A stretch of DNA of 64,000 nt from a virus. The notes below the pieces were generated by a model. That model worked only from the letters and a program-made list of their open reading frames with translations. It had not been told where the DNA came from and did no database searches. Numbering within the stretch: position 1 is the first letter of the stretch; every line of letters begins with the position of its first letter. This document shows positions 52,850-62,093 of the stretch, one piece after another. The stretch is from positions 97,030-161,029 of the IMG/VR virus record IMGVR_UViG_3300023184_000034; one strand, written 5' to 3'. The translations under genes and the position numbers were made by a program.

Positions 52850-53387
52850 CACTGATAACGTTCCAGTTCATGATTTTCCATTGATTGGCAAGATAGCTTT
52901 TTTTATCAGCTTGGTAGTCAAGAGCCCAGGCGTGTTCCCAAAAATCCACTAGCAACACAATATCCATCCTGATTTCGTGATTTTTAATAGTTTTGACGGA
53001 ACCATCTCGTGCCAAGTATGCCCATCCCGATCCTTGTATCTTCATGGCTGTTTTTTCAAATTCTTCTTTGAATTTGTCAAATGTTTTGAAATGTTTGGTA
53101 ATAAACTCACCAGCTGATCCACTGGGTTCATTTGATGCAGTGGGTTTTTGAAACTGAGTAAAGTACAAGTCGTGTAAAAATGCTCCTGCTTCATTGAAGT
53201 CAGCATCGCCTTCTCCGTCGTTGAACCTAGTCACATACGCCTTGTATAACTTGCCATAGTGATATTTGATGGTGTCTTCACTTTTACTGGGCTCCAATTC
53301 GTCCTTGGCGTACGGCAGCTTTGTCTGCACCAATGTCTTGGGTGTTTTACCCTCGTTCATGGTGATATGTCGTATAAAATTGTACAT
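52827..53387 (-). CDS. Fe/Mn superoxide dismutase
   Basis: LPYAKDELEP, YHYGK, LHDLYF, GSGW, DFWEHA; all four metal ligands present; start ATG 53387. Confidence 0.9.
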   Translation of the reverse strand: MYNFIRHITMNEGKTPKTLVQTKLPYAKDELEPSKSEDTIKYHYGKLYKAYVTRFNDGEGDADFNEAGAFLHDLYFTQFQKPTASNEPSGSAGEFITKHFKTFDKFKEEFEKTAMKIQGSGWAYLARDGSVKTIKNHEIRMDIVLLVDFWEHAWALDYQADKKSYLANQWKIMNWNVISARVGLVS

Positions 53388-53429
53388 AACCATATTTAGC
53401 GATATAAATACTCTGGAGGATAATATACC

Positions 53430-53720
53430 ATGTTAAACGCAATTAAAAAATTATTTGGAATCAACCCATCAGATGCTGCTGTACAAGTAGAGCCAGCGGC
53501 TCCTTACAAGATCGATCCATTACCTGCTGGTACTGAAGCAGCCATTATAACTACTCCTAATACTGAAGCAGTGGTAGTTGTAGCAGATGCTGTTGTACCA
53601 GCTGAGGTTGTTAAGGCAACGCCTGCTAAACGCGGTCCAGCTAAGCCAAAAGCAGTTAAACCAGCTGTTGTAAAAGCACCAGCGGCTCCTAAAAAGCCAC
53701 GTGCTCCTAAAGCAGTTTAA
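53430..53720 (+). CDS. Small protein with Lys/Ala/Pro-rich histone-like tail
   Basis: TATAAATA at 53403-53410; GGAGG SD; PAKRGPAKPKAVK. Confidence 0.65.
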   Translation: MLNAIKKLFGINPSDAAVQVEPAAPYKIDPLPAGTEAAIITTPNTEAVVVVADAVVPAEVVKATPAKRGPAKPKAVKPAVVKAPAAPKKPRAPKAV

Positions 53721-54729
53721 GTTCTACAGCCCGGTTGTACACTTGGGCACTGGATAAATTCTTGCCCTTGCTTTCGCACATGATGTCAAAGTGTTCCCAG
53801 AAGCTGAGAGCCCAGTCAGTCACAGGTTGATTCCAATACCAGTCACTGTGTGCCCGCATCTTTTGTTTTTTGTAGCCTGCAGCCAGCAGTGCCGCATGGT
53901 CTGGTAACACATCAACGGGATGATCAATCAGCACATCTTCTCTACTCACACTGTAATGGCACACTGGCCTTACACCGCGCCACGAATCAATAATACGTTT
54001 GACTCTATCGTCTGTGGGGTGAATATATTCCCCAGTGCGAATCCAGTGATGGTGAATATCCAACACTAGCGCACAATGATCCACTAGCTCAATGCTGCTA
54101 TCCACACCCCAACAATTTTCATCATTCTCGATGGTAATACAATTACGAGCTTCTGGACTCAGTTTGGTTAGCGTTTCTTTGATTCCTTCTGGACCACGCT
54201 TGCCTGAGATATGCACATTGATCTTCATGTCTTGGAATGTTTTGCCAAATCCCATCCAACGGGCCATGTCAGCATGATATTCAAATTCTTCAATGCTACG
54301 TTCCACAATGCCGGGATTTTCACTGGCCAACACACAGAACTGTCCAGGATGAAAACTGATACGCACATCATGTTTGCGAGCAGCTTCGCCCACTGGGGCA
54401 AATATCCGTTCGCAATGCCGTTGTTGGTCTGGCTGTTGCCACCATGTAATCCAATCTTTTTCTGTGTATCCACTCAGCATTTCTGATCCAATACGCATCA
54501 TTCTGCGTTCAGCAGGCAACTGTGCCACACGTTCAATCATCTTCACAGCGGCGCTGGTGTTGTGATTCATCAGGTCATATTGACGCTGTTCAGCTTCCAG
54601 CGGATGTTCACGAAGCCACCGCATGGTGGTACTGCGACCATTCAGCACCCTGTTGTCGGCATTTACTTTCATACCTCGTACTTCGGAGGCATCATCTAGC
54701 CATTTACAAGCGTAACCAATTCGTTTCAT
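53707..54729 (-). CDS. uvsE: UV damage endonuclease UvsE/UVDE
   Basis: RIGYAC, RISFHPGQF, NVHI, IENDE, LDIHHH, RAHSD, MCESK. Confidence 0.92.
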   Translation of the reverse strand: MKRIGYACKWLDDASEVRGMKVNADNRVLNGRSTTMRWLREHPLEAEQRQYDLMNHNTSAAVKMIERVAQLPAERRMMRIGSEMLSGYTEKDWITWWQQPDQQRHCERIFAPVGEAARKHDVRISFHPGQFCVLASENPGIVERSIEEFEYHADMARWMGFGKTFQDMKINVHISGKRGPEGIKETLTKLSPEARNCITIENDENCWGVDSSIELVDHCALVLDIHHHWIRTGEYIHPTDDRVKRIIDSWRGVRPVCHYSVSREDVLIDHPVDVLPDHAALLAAGYKKQKMRAHSDWYWNQPVTDWALSFWEHFDIMCESKGKNLSSAQVYNRAVELKLL

Positions 54730-54743
54730 AATACACAATCAAT

Positions 54744-54789
54744 AAAAATAGACATGTTATATTATAACACCATGTCCATCCACAGTCAA
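54744..54789 (-). promoter_or_regulatory. sigma70 promoter TTGACT-17-TATAAT with -10 inside a hairpin followed by a T-tract
   Basis: GACATG..TTATA-A-TATAA-CATGTC-TATTTTT; -10 at 54761-54766, -35 at 54784-54789. Confidence 0.7.
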
Positions 54790-54797
54790 CTTGTTGT

Positions 54798-54989
54798 TCA
54801 CCAATGTCTAATCACGTTTGCAATAATAAAACAACAGGTAACACTGTGAAGTAACACCCAAAAAGTTTTAAGGAATAATGCAATCCTTGCTTCTCTCAAA
54901 GTAAGAATTGGCACGTCTGGTCGATCACTGTCCGAGCTTCCCATCAAATGACCAGTTGCTCTGGCCCAAACTCGTTCTAAACTATTCAA
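54798..54989 (-). CDS. Small membrane protein
   Basis: 63 aa with C-terminal hydrophobic helix; overlaps the queD stop. Confidence 0.6.
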   Translation of the reverse strand: MNSLERVWARATGHLMGSSDSDRPDVPILTLREARIALFLKTFWVLLHSVTCCFIIANVIRHW

Positions 54990-55492
54990 CTTAGCAAATC
55001 CTCATTCCACTCTCTGTGTCCTTCACGGAATGCCATATTGGCCTGTGTCTCACGTACTTCTACCTTGTAACACCAAAGACGAGCTGCTTCTCCTGGTCCC
55101 CACATTTCTGGAATGTAAACACCATTCACATACTTGTACAGCATGTCGCTGAGTCCTTCACAACCCAAACGTGGCAGTATTACTACCTTGGCCATTTTCT
55201 TTTCTTGTAGCAGTTTATATGTGGCCATTTCTGGATCATCTTCTGCCACAATAAGTGTGTGGTCAAATTGATCTTCCAGTGTCTTTTTGAGTTCTTTTAG
55301 GCCACCATAATCAGCAGCCCAATTACGAACATCTAAGTCGTTTGTTCCAAAATAGAACTTCATGCTGAAGCTGTAGCCATGAATTAGATTACAGTGGCTA
55401 TCACTACGCCATTGTCTGTAAGCACATGGAAATGCGTCCACGTATTCTTTTGTGCTTTGATACTTGTATACTACTGGTTGTAAATTTGCCAT
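54986..55492 (-). CDS. queD: 6-pyruvoyl-tetrahydropterin synthase / QueD-family protein
   Basis: CAYRQW..SHCNLIHGY, DYGGLKELK, FDH, EVRET; AGGAG SD. Confidence 0.8.
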   Translation of the reverse strand: MANLQPVVYKYQSTKEYVDAFPCAYRQWRSDSHCNLIHGYSFSMKFYFGTNDLDVRNWAADYGGLKELKKTLEDQFDHTLIVAEDDPEMATYKLLQEKKMAKVVILPRLGCEGLSDMLYKYVNGVYIPEMWGPGEAARLWCYKVEVRETQANMAFREGHREWNEDLLS

Positions 55493-55516
55493 TGTTATCT
55501 CCTAAGATTAAGCAAT

Positions 55517-55560
55517 GGCATGCAGAGTTTATATTGCGGGATGAATGCCTAAGTCCGCAT
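55517..55560 (-). ncRNA. Candidate preQ1-I-like riboswitch pseudoknot in the queD 5' UTR
   Basis: P1 UGCGG/CCGCA, loop ending CAUC, A-rich tail AUAUAAACU, P2 GGCAU/AUGCC; begins at the predicted +1. Confidence 0.5.
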
Positions 55561-55566
55561 AAGTTA

Positions 55567-55595
55567 ATTGTATAGATTTATTTAGACAAAGTCAA
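55567..55595 (-). promoter_or_regulatory. sigma70 promoter TTGACT-17-TACAAT (late box TAAATA in the spacer)
   Basis: TTGACT ttgtctaaataaatcta TACAAT. Confidence 0.8.
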
Positions 55596-55597
55596 TG

Positions 55598-57094
55598 TTA
55601 TTGGCTACCAATCCGACCAAACCCTGCCCATTGTCCGGGTGTGCCTTCTGTCACGCACACCCATCCGATATAACTGTCTGTGCCAGGATTTGTATTCCAG
55701 CAAATGTCACCCTTGTTGAAATAATGATGAGCCTCAGTGGGCGCACTGTGTCCTGAAGTAAATCGTTTACCTCCAATGCTGACATCACCGTTCACACTGA
55801 ATTGTAAACTTGGATCTGGATTATTGATGTTCACACTCAACGGACCAAAAACTTTTACAGGTTTTGATTGCGCCAGTTTTGTTCCTATTGTGATCTGCGT
55901 TGAATCTCCAAATAAGATTGGAACTTCACCAACTCCAACAGTCATCTCTGTTGAGTTGTATAATCCGTTTGGCATCAAACGAGTAGTACCAACTTGAACG
56001 CCAGCCGTAAAAGATCCACGCTCCGCATCAAGCGAATTGGTTATGGTATTACCTGAAACTGTTACATTATCTAATACACCCACTGATGTTAAACTACTAT
56101 GTGTTACAGATGCACCTAGTGTGTTTTCACTCAGCGCAAGAGCATTATTGATATAATAAGATTTACCAGAGCCTAAGTCTAAGTTTTCACTGGACCACAA
56201 TCGAGTTGGCCCGCTCATCATTACAAGTTGTGCAGAAAATGTTGGGTCTGTCCAAGCCAACCCCAAACCAAACGCACTCGTGTCTCTAGTACCTGAGAAC
56301 TGTAGCGGATGTGTTCTATCAATTCTGTTGTCTGTCACAACACTTCCGGCATTGATGACACCATACACATTCAACACGCCGCCGCCGTGTACCGGATCTC
56401 CAACGTTGACTTCCCCACTGTTTTTAATAGTGACACGGGGAATGTTGTCTGTGGTAATGGTTAAGTCATGGCAACTGACAGTTCCAAAACTACCAACGCC
56501 AATGCTAGGACTACCAATGCCAAGTTCAACGTTATTTTCAATAATGGTAATAGCTGAGCTGGGATCTTCTGTACCTATTCCTAACTTATTGAAATTGGTG
56601 TTAAAAAATGCAAATTCACCAATGCTTACATCACCGGAAACATTTAGTTTTGACAGTGTACCCACGCTGGTTAAACGACTGCTGGTGATGCCGCCGCCCA
56701 ATGCTGTTGCACTGATTACTGGAATATTATCAATGCTATAAGTGGAATTTGCAGAAATATCCAGATTGGCATTTGTCCATAGACGGTTTCCTAACCGGTA
56801 CGCCAGTTGTGTTTGTCCAACACCGTGAGTCCAGCTGAAACCCTTTCCGTTTAATTCGCTTTCGGTGTTGTAAATCCAATCACCAACACTGGCTAGATTG
56901 CCGTTATCTGTAACTAAATTCTTAACATTGATAGTTTCAGCTTCAATAGTTCCAGCAACTGATAAGTTCTGGTTTATGCGAACATTGCCTGCAACGTTGA
57001 TTGCGCCGGCATGTTGTACATCTCCGCGGGTGTTTAACAGCGTTAAATCTGCTATTGCAACGGTTGTATCTTGGATATCAAATAGTTTAGACAT
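55598..57094 (-). CDS. Tail fibre-like structural protein
   Basis: SSLTSVG.L..L.V repeats; C-terminus KGDICWN..GWVC...GTPGQW; likely start ATG 57094. Confidence 0.65.
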   Translation of the reverse strand: MSKLFDIQDTTVAIADLTLLNTRGDVQHAGAINVAGNVRINQNLSVAGTIEAETINVKNLVTDNGNLASVGDWIYNTESELNGKGFSWTHGVGQTQLAYRLGNRLWTNANLDISANSTYSIDNIPVISATALGGGITSSRLTSVGTLSKLNVSGDVSIGEFAFFNTNFNKLGIGTEDPSSAITIIENNVELGIGSPSIGVGSFGTVSCHDLTITTDNIPRVTIKNSGEVNVGDPVHGGGVLNVYGVINAGSVVTDNRIDRTHPLQFSGTRDTSAFGLGLAWTDPTFSAQLVMMSGPTRLWSSENLDLGSGKSYYINNALALSENTLGASVTHSSLTSVGVLDNVTVSGNTITNSLDAERGSFTAGVQVGTTRLMPNGLYNSTEMTVGVGEVPILFGDSTQITIGTKLAQSKPVKVFGPLSVNINNPDPSLQFSVNGDVSIGGKRFTSGHSAPTEAHHYFNKGDICWNTNPGTDSYIGWVCVTEGTPGQWAGFGRIGSQ

Positions 57095-57129
57095 GGATAA
57101 AGTACTCTCTTTGGAGTATTTATCCATGT
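57091..57129 (-). promoter_or_regulatory. Late promoter inside a start-codon-sequestering hairpin
   Basis: ACATGGATAAATACTC-caaaga-GAGTACTTTATCCATGT; TAAATA in the 5' arm, ATG in the 3' arm. Confidence 0.7.
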
Positions 57130-57138
57130 TTTGATTGC

Positions 57139-58338
57139 TTACTGTACTTTAAGTAGGATTGTGTCTTCACCAATACGCCCATTCATCTTGGTGTCTGTGG
57201 CATTGATATCCTCTAAGAACTTGCGTAGAGCAATCTTGCCTGCTGACTTGAACTCTTTGAGTTTGTCTTCTGGCTTGCGAATAGTCTTTTGCACACTTTT
57301 AAACTCGTCAAAGTTGGTAATTGTGGTGCCTTTGACATTCAGCGTGTTGAACTCACTGGCCACGTACTTGCCCAACTTGCGGGTTTTGGTGTTGAAAATC
57401 CACAATTCTCCAGCACCAATGATATCAGTAGGGTTAATACTCACAAGTTTTAGAGGCTCGTTGGTTTTCATAAACTTGAGTTTGGCCACAAGTTTTTCCT
57501 TGCTCACAGCTTTGGTCTTACGTGGAGCACGATTAACTTTGGCTTCTTGAGCCAGCATGTCGCAAGCCATTGCAATTTCTTGATAGAACACAATCATATT
57601 TTTAACTTGCTTACGGCTGCGGTGACTGTAGCCTTCTCGCAATTGCTCGTCAGCTTTGCCACTAGCAAGTTCCAACAGCTCATTCAAATCACGCTCGTAA
57701 AAACCTTTGATAATACGTGCATGAGCAGCTTTAACTTCTTTGCCTTTCAGCAAGTTCAGCATCTTAAATGCTTTTGGATCAAAGTTTTCTGGATCAGTTT
57801 GAAAACTTTCAATAGCGTCTTCAATTTCCTCAGTCATACGCATTGCACTTTCGCGCACACGCTCTTGAATAGTTGGCTGAACCGCTGTACTTTTAACTTC
57901 CACAACCGCAGCTTCGTCTATGTCGTCTTTGCCTTGCTCAACAATTTGAACAATTTCATTACGCAACCAAGCAGTGGTATCACGGCCCTTGTTAAAATCT
58001 TCACGCACAGCTGGCATACCACGCAGCAAACAACTTGCAATGGCACCCATGGTGATGTTGGTACGATTATCTTTGGTACGTTTGTAAGCAGCAATGTCTT
58101 CTTTGGTGCAACCAATATTAGTCATCCACTTGACAACTGCTGGCTTCAAATCCTTACCGCTGAACTCCATGCGGTAGTAGCTCATGGCACTGTGAAAGTG
58201 ACGCAAGAATTGGTCAGTGTTCATATCTTCGCAAGTGTCCCATTTTGGACTGTAGTCCTTTTTGGCATTCTCGCGAATAGTCACACTGGTGACTTTTTTT
58301 GCTTTGGGTTTGATCTTTACGCCTGCTACTGTGGCCAT
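57139..58338 (-). CDS. Conserved hypothetical protein of T4-like phages
   Basis: C-terminus LVSINPTDIIGA.ELWIFNTKTRKL..KGTTI..KTIRKP..NGRI; AGGAG SD. Confidence 0.75.
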   Translation of the reverse strand: MATVAGVKIKPKAKKVTSVTIRENAKKDYSPKWDTCEDMNTDQFLRHFHSAMSYYRMEFSGKDLKPAVVKWMTNIGCTKEDIAAYKRTKDNRTNITMGAIASCLLRGMPAVREDFNKGRDTTAWLRNEIVQIVEQGKDDIDEAAVVEVKSTAVQPTIQERVRESAMRMTEEIEDAIESFQTDPENFDPKAFKMLNLLKGKEVKAAHARIIKGFYERDLNELLELASGKADEQLREGYSHRSRKQVKNMIVFYQEIAMACDMLAQEAKVNRAPRKTKAVSKEKLVAKLKFMKTNEPLKLVSINPTDIIGAGELWIFNTKTRKLGKYVASEFNTLNVKGTTITNFDEFKSVQKTIRKPEDKLKEFKSAGKIALRKFLEDINATDTKMNGRIGEDTILLKVQ

Positions 58339-58369
58339 TTTCTGCTCCTAGTTTGTTAAACAATAATGT

Positions 58370-58398
58370 ATTATAGCACCTATTTACATTCAAGTCAA
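58370..58398 (-). promoter_or_regulatory. sigma70 promoter TTGACT-17-(TG)TATAAT (late box in the spacer)
   Basis: TTGACT tgaatgtaaataggtgc TATAAT. Confidence 0.82.
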
Positions 58399-58453
58399 AT
58401 ATTTTTGGCTAACCAAAATACTGATTAAATACTGTTATAATTTAAGGAACGTG

Positions 58454-59371
58454 ATGAAGAAAGTTCTCATAACAGGATTGACAGGATTCATTGGCGGTTA
58501 TCTCCAAAATCGTTTAGAAAACCAATATCAAATTTTTGATTTGGCATGTGACTTGTTGGACAAGGAAGCAATTGACAAGCGATTAACTGAAGTTGATCCA
58601 GAGTTCATCATCCATTTGGCTGCACGAACTGAAGTGGAAAAGAGCTTTTATGAGCAAACAACTTTTAGCCAAATCAATTATGTTGGTACTGTGAACATGA
58701 TTGAATCAGCTAGGCATTTGAAAAATCTCAAACTGTTTGTGTTTAGCAGCACAATGGAAACGTATGGTTGGCAACCTGAAAGCAATTTGATTCGTGACGG
58801 TAAACCGTTTACTTTGCCAGTGTTTGATGAGTCAACTAAACAATATCCCAATGCACCCTATGCTGTAGCCAAAGTTGGGTGCGAACTTTATTTAGAATAT
58901 GCTCACCGCTCGTTTGATTTTCCATTCTGTGCGTTTAGACAAACCAACACATATGGTAGACATGACAACGACTTCTTTGTGGTGGAACAAATTATTTCAC
59001 AAATGTTAAAGAACCCCAATGAAATCAATCTAGGCTACGGCAAACCATACCGAAACTTCTTGTGGATTGATGACCTAATTGAATTGTACGCAACTGTACT
59101 AACAAAACCAGAACAAGCCAACGGAGAAATTTTCTGTGTTGGTCCCGACAATGCACTTACTATTGAAAGTTTAGTTGAAAAAATAGCTGACAAGATGAAC
59201 TGGAATGGCACAGTTAACTGGAATACCAAACCCAACCGCGACGGTGAAATTTACGTATTAAATTCCACAGCCGCAAAAGCAGAACGATTGTTGGGTTGGA
59301 AGCCAACTGTGGATTTAGACACTGGACTAGATCGTGTTATTCAGCTTTGGAAAGATAAAATAACACGATGA
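58454..59371 (+). CDS. NAD-dependent nucleotide-sugar dehydratase/epimerase
   Basis: TGLTGFIG, HLAA, SSTMETYG, YAVAK; TAAATA at 58426-58431. Confidence 0.9.
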   Translation: MKKVLITGLTGFIGGYLQNRLENQYQIFDLACDLLDKEAIDKRLTEVDPEFIIHLAARTEVEKSFYEQTTFSQINYVGTVNMIESARHLKNLKLFVFSSTMETYGWQPESNLIRDGKPFTLPVFDESTKQYPNAPYAVAKVGCELYLEYAHRSFDFPFCAFRQTNTYGRHDNDFFVVEQIISQMLKNPNEINLGYGKPYRNFLWIDDLIELYATVLTKPEQANGEIFCVGPDNALTIESLVEKIADKMNWNGTVNWNTKPNRDGEIYVLNSTAAKAERLLGWKPTVDLDTGLDRVIQLWKDKITR

Positions 59372-59390
59372 TTAATAATAATTAATTAAC

Positions 59391-62093
59391 TCAATTAATT
59401 CTAAATATTTCGCTAGTTTTTGTTGATATGTAACCAGATTCGTCGGAAATTCTAGTTATTGAACCTTTTACCATAAAATAATTTATAGCAAATTTAATCG
59501 GAGGATGTTGAGTATCATCGACAAGCAACATACTTCCGGACTTGGCAAATCTTAATACGTTTGTAAGATCGGACATGATAACTTTAAAGTCATGGCCACC
59601 GTCTATTATATAACCATCAAATGAATTATTATTTTTCAATAGGTGTGGTAACACAGTTACCGAATCTCCAATTTCCATTGTTAATCGATCTCTAAAAATG
59701 CCTTTAAGGTACTCAAAACATCTTATAGTATAAGGATGATGATTAATATCAACAGCAGTGTATTGCAATGTTTGATTTGCAGTTAACCCTAGCAATGTTG
59801 AATGCCCTGCATTAAATCCTATTGCTAATATAGATTGTCGAGTTAATGCAAACATTATTAAGTTTAATCGGTGAGATTGGAACTCCGAACATGGGTAGTT
59901 GTTAGGATATGTATTGTGCATACTAAAACAGTTACCTTCAATTTCTAACTCAGAATACTCAGTTAAAATATTTTTAATCTTATCTGAGTGAGAAATATAT
60001 AAATCAATCAACGGCTCACTTTTATTTTTAAACTTATCAACAATCTCTCGTTGCATAATAACAGGTTTAAAAACTGTATCTTCAATAAACTGAGTTAGTT
60101 CTCGAAATTCCAACAAGTTCTGGTCGGAGAGACCTCTGTGAAAAGCCAACATTAATATTGCGGGATCAGTATGTATTTCTAATATTTCTTCTGTTGTAGG
60201 GAACGCTTTATCAGGCCAAAAAGTTTTATAAAAAGCTGTAACATTTACTGGTTCAGGTGAAAATAAACAATATAAGTTAAATTCACTTATTTTTTCATAA
60301 CCCTTGTTAAATTTAAAAAACATATCAGTAAGGTCACATGTATTAACAATTTCTTTAACTACAGACGTTCTAAATACAAAAGGAGTATGTGCCAGTGAAA
60401 AACTACTAGGAACTGGCTTGTTTAAACTGTCCGACATGTATTTTATAAAATCATACCACTTGTTTTCAGTATTAATTTCATTTGTCATGCCGTTGCCTTC
60501 AATCACAGGCCATTCATTTAGAGAAACATTTTTTATAAAAAAGTTTTTACTATCCAGTATCAAATACTGTTCAGTAGTAATCTTTGATACAATATATAAT
60601 TTTAAAAGTTGTTGTATCACCCAACCGGCAGCAATATTTCTCAGTTCTTCAAAATCTATACCAAAGTCATAGGTTGTTAGTAATATTAATTTGTGTTTTG
60701 TATAAAATGGCTGAAGCGATGATTGCCATGTGTCGATACTGATATCAGAATCTTCGATTACAACATAATGTGTGCATTTTTCTTTTACAAATAAATTGAT
60801 GCTTCGAGACTGCCTTTTCATTTCTTCAAAGTCTCTAGAGCAGGTGATTGTTACAATTTCTTGTTTTTTAGAGTACCACGGAATATAATCTGTTGTTTTT
60901 GTATTTCTATACTGGTCTTGTTTCTCAACAAATGCGTTAAATTTTTCTGTATCAAGTTGATTGTTTAACATAAATGTTATATTGGAATTAAGCTGTGCTA
61001 TTTTTGAGTTTACATTTTCTTGATTTTCATATCTGTCTCTATACTTGATTATAGCGTTTTCTATATTTTTGGCAATTTCTTTTTTATCAGAATATGGTAA
61101 TATTGCAGGACATGCATATTCAGGACCGTCAACATAGATAAAAAATGGAAAGTTAAAAAAATTAGGCTTGTTAAACTTAGAAAAATATTCCAACATATCT
61201 GGAATCGCATGTACATTAAACGAAGAAAATACAGTGTGTATCTCTACTTGAAGATTTTCAAGTCTTGTATCTGCATGCAGTAGATTTAAATTATTTTCAA
61301 TTTTTGACCATTTTCCCGGATATCTGATATACTCGTAGTCTTTACCAACCCCGTCAATGCTTGCATGCAGGTCGATGAATTTAAACTCTTTAAATAGATC
61401 GATCCACTTATCAAGAGATGTATTAAGATTTGTATGAAAACTTAAATGAATATTCTTAGATAGGCCTTTGTCTATGAGATATAAACAGAATCTTTCAAAT
61501 TCTGGATTTATTAAAGGTTCGCCCCCAGTTACTAGAATATTTGTTGTATCGGAAATCATTGATTCTACTACTAACTGTAATTTATCAAATTCCCAACTAT
61601 CATTGATAGAGGTATGTTTTTTTACAGAATCTTTACTTATAAACAACAGTTCAGAAAACTCTTTGATCAGCTGATTACTAAGGCCAGGCCCACACATTTT
61701 GCATTGAAGATTACATTTATTTCCCCAAGCAAAATCTATGTACTTTACATCGGCTTTTAGAAGCTCCCCGGTTTCTGTATTGGTATTTGATAAAAAATCA
61801 ACATTTTTAAATTGCCAAGTAAACGCTGATCGCATGCTGACTCCTCCAGCATCTTCAGTAGCATAACATTTGCTACATATATTTGGTTTTTCTCCCGCTA
61901 TCATTTTTTGACGAATATCTTTGTAAATAGGCAAATTGAAATATTCTAAAGGGTTTGTTATTTCAGATAGATATACTTTATTTCCATCTTTAGTTATACT
62001 TCCTCCATTATCTGTATTACAACATAGTCGCATTGCTGTGTCAGCTTGTGCTGATAAATGTAACCACGGCAACGGGCAAATGGTATTACTCAT
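59391..62093 (-). CDS. Multidomain radical SAM (Twitch/SPASM N-terminus) + GT-like (DUF6492-like) + class I methyltransferase fusion
   Basis: CPLPW..CC..CSKC; CNLQCKMC; GGEP; ILDSKNFFI; IGFNAGHS..IDGGH. Confidence 0.75.
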   Translation of the reverse strand: MSNTICPLPWLHLSAQADTAMRLCCNTDNGGSITKDGNKVYLSEITNPLEYFNLPIYKDIRQKMIAGEKPNICSKCYATEDAGGVSMRSAFTWQFKNVDFLSNTNTETGELLKADVKYIDFAWGNKCNLQCKMCGPGLSNQLIKEFSELLFISKDSVKKHTSINDSWEFDKLQLVVESMISDTTNILVTGGEPLINPEFERFCLYLIDKGLSKNIHLSFHTNLNTSLDKWIDLFKEFKFIDLHASIDGVGKDYEYIRYPGKWSKIENNLNLLHADTRLENLQVEIHTVFSSFNVHAIPDMLEYFSKFNKPNFFNFPFFIYVDGPEYACPAILPYSDKKEIAKNIENAIIKYRDRYENQENVNSKIAQLNSNITFMLNNQLDTEKFNAFVEKQDQYRNTKTTDYIPWYSKKQEIVTITCSRDFEEMKRQSRSINLFVKEKCTHYVVIEDSDISIDTWQSSLQPFYTKHKLILLTTYDFGIDFEELRNIAAGWVIQQLLKLYIVSKITTEQYLILDSKNFFIKNVSLNEWPVIEGNGMTNEINTENKWYDFIKYMSDSLNKPVPSSFSLAHTPFVFRTSVVKEIVNTCDLTDMFFKFNKGYEKISEFNLYCLFSPEPVNVTAFYKTFWPDKAFPTTEEILEIHTDPAILMLAFHRGLSDQNLLEFRELTQFIEDTVFKPVIMQREIVDKFKNKSEPLIDLYISHSDKIKNILTEYSELEIEGNCFSMHNTYPNNYPCSEFQSHRLNLIMFALTRQSILAIGFNAGHSTLLGLTANQTLQYTAVDINHHPYTIRCFEYLKGIFRDRLTMEIGDSVTVLPHLLKNNNSFDGYIIDGGHDFKVIMSDLTNVLRFAKSGSMLLVDDTQHPPIKFAINYFMVKGSITRISDESGYISTKTSEIFRIN

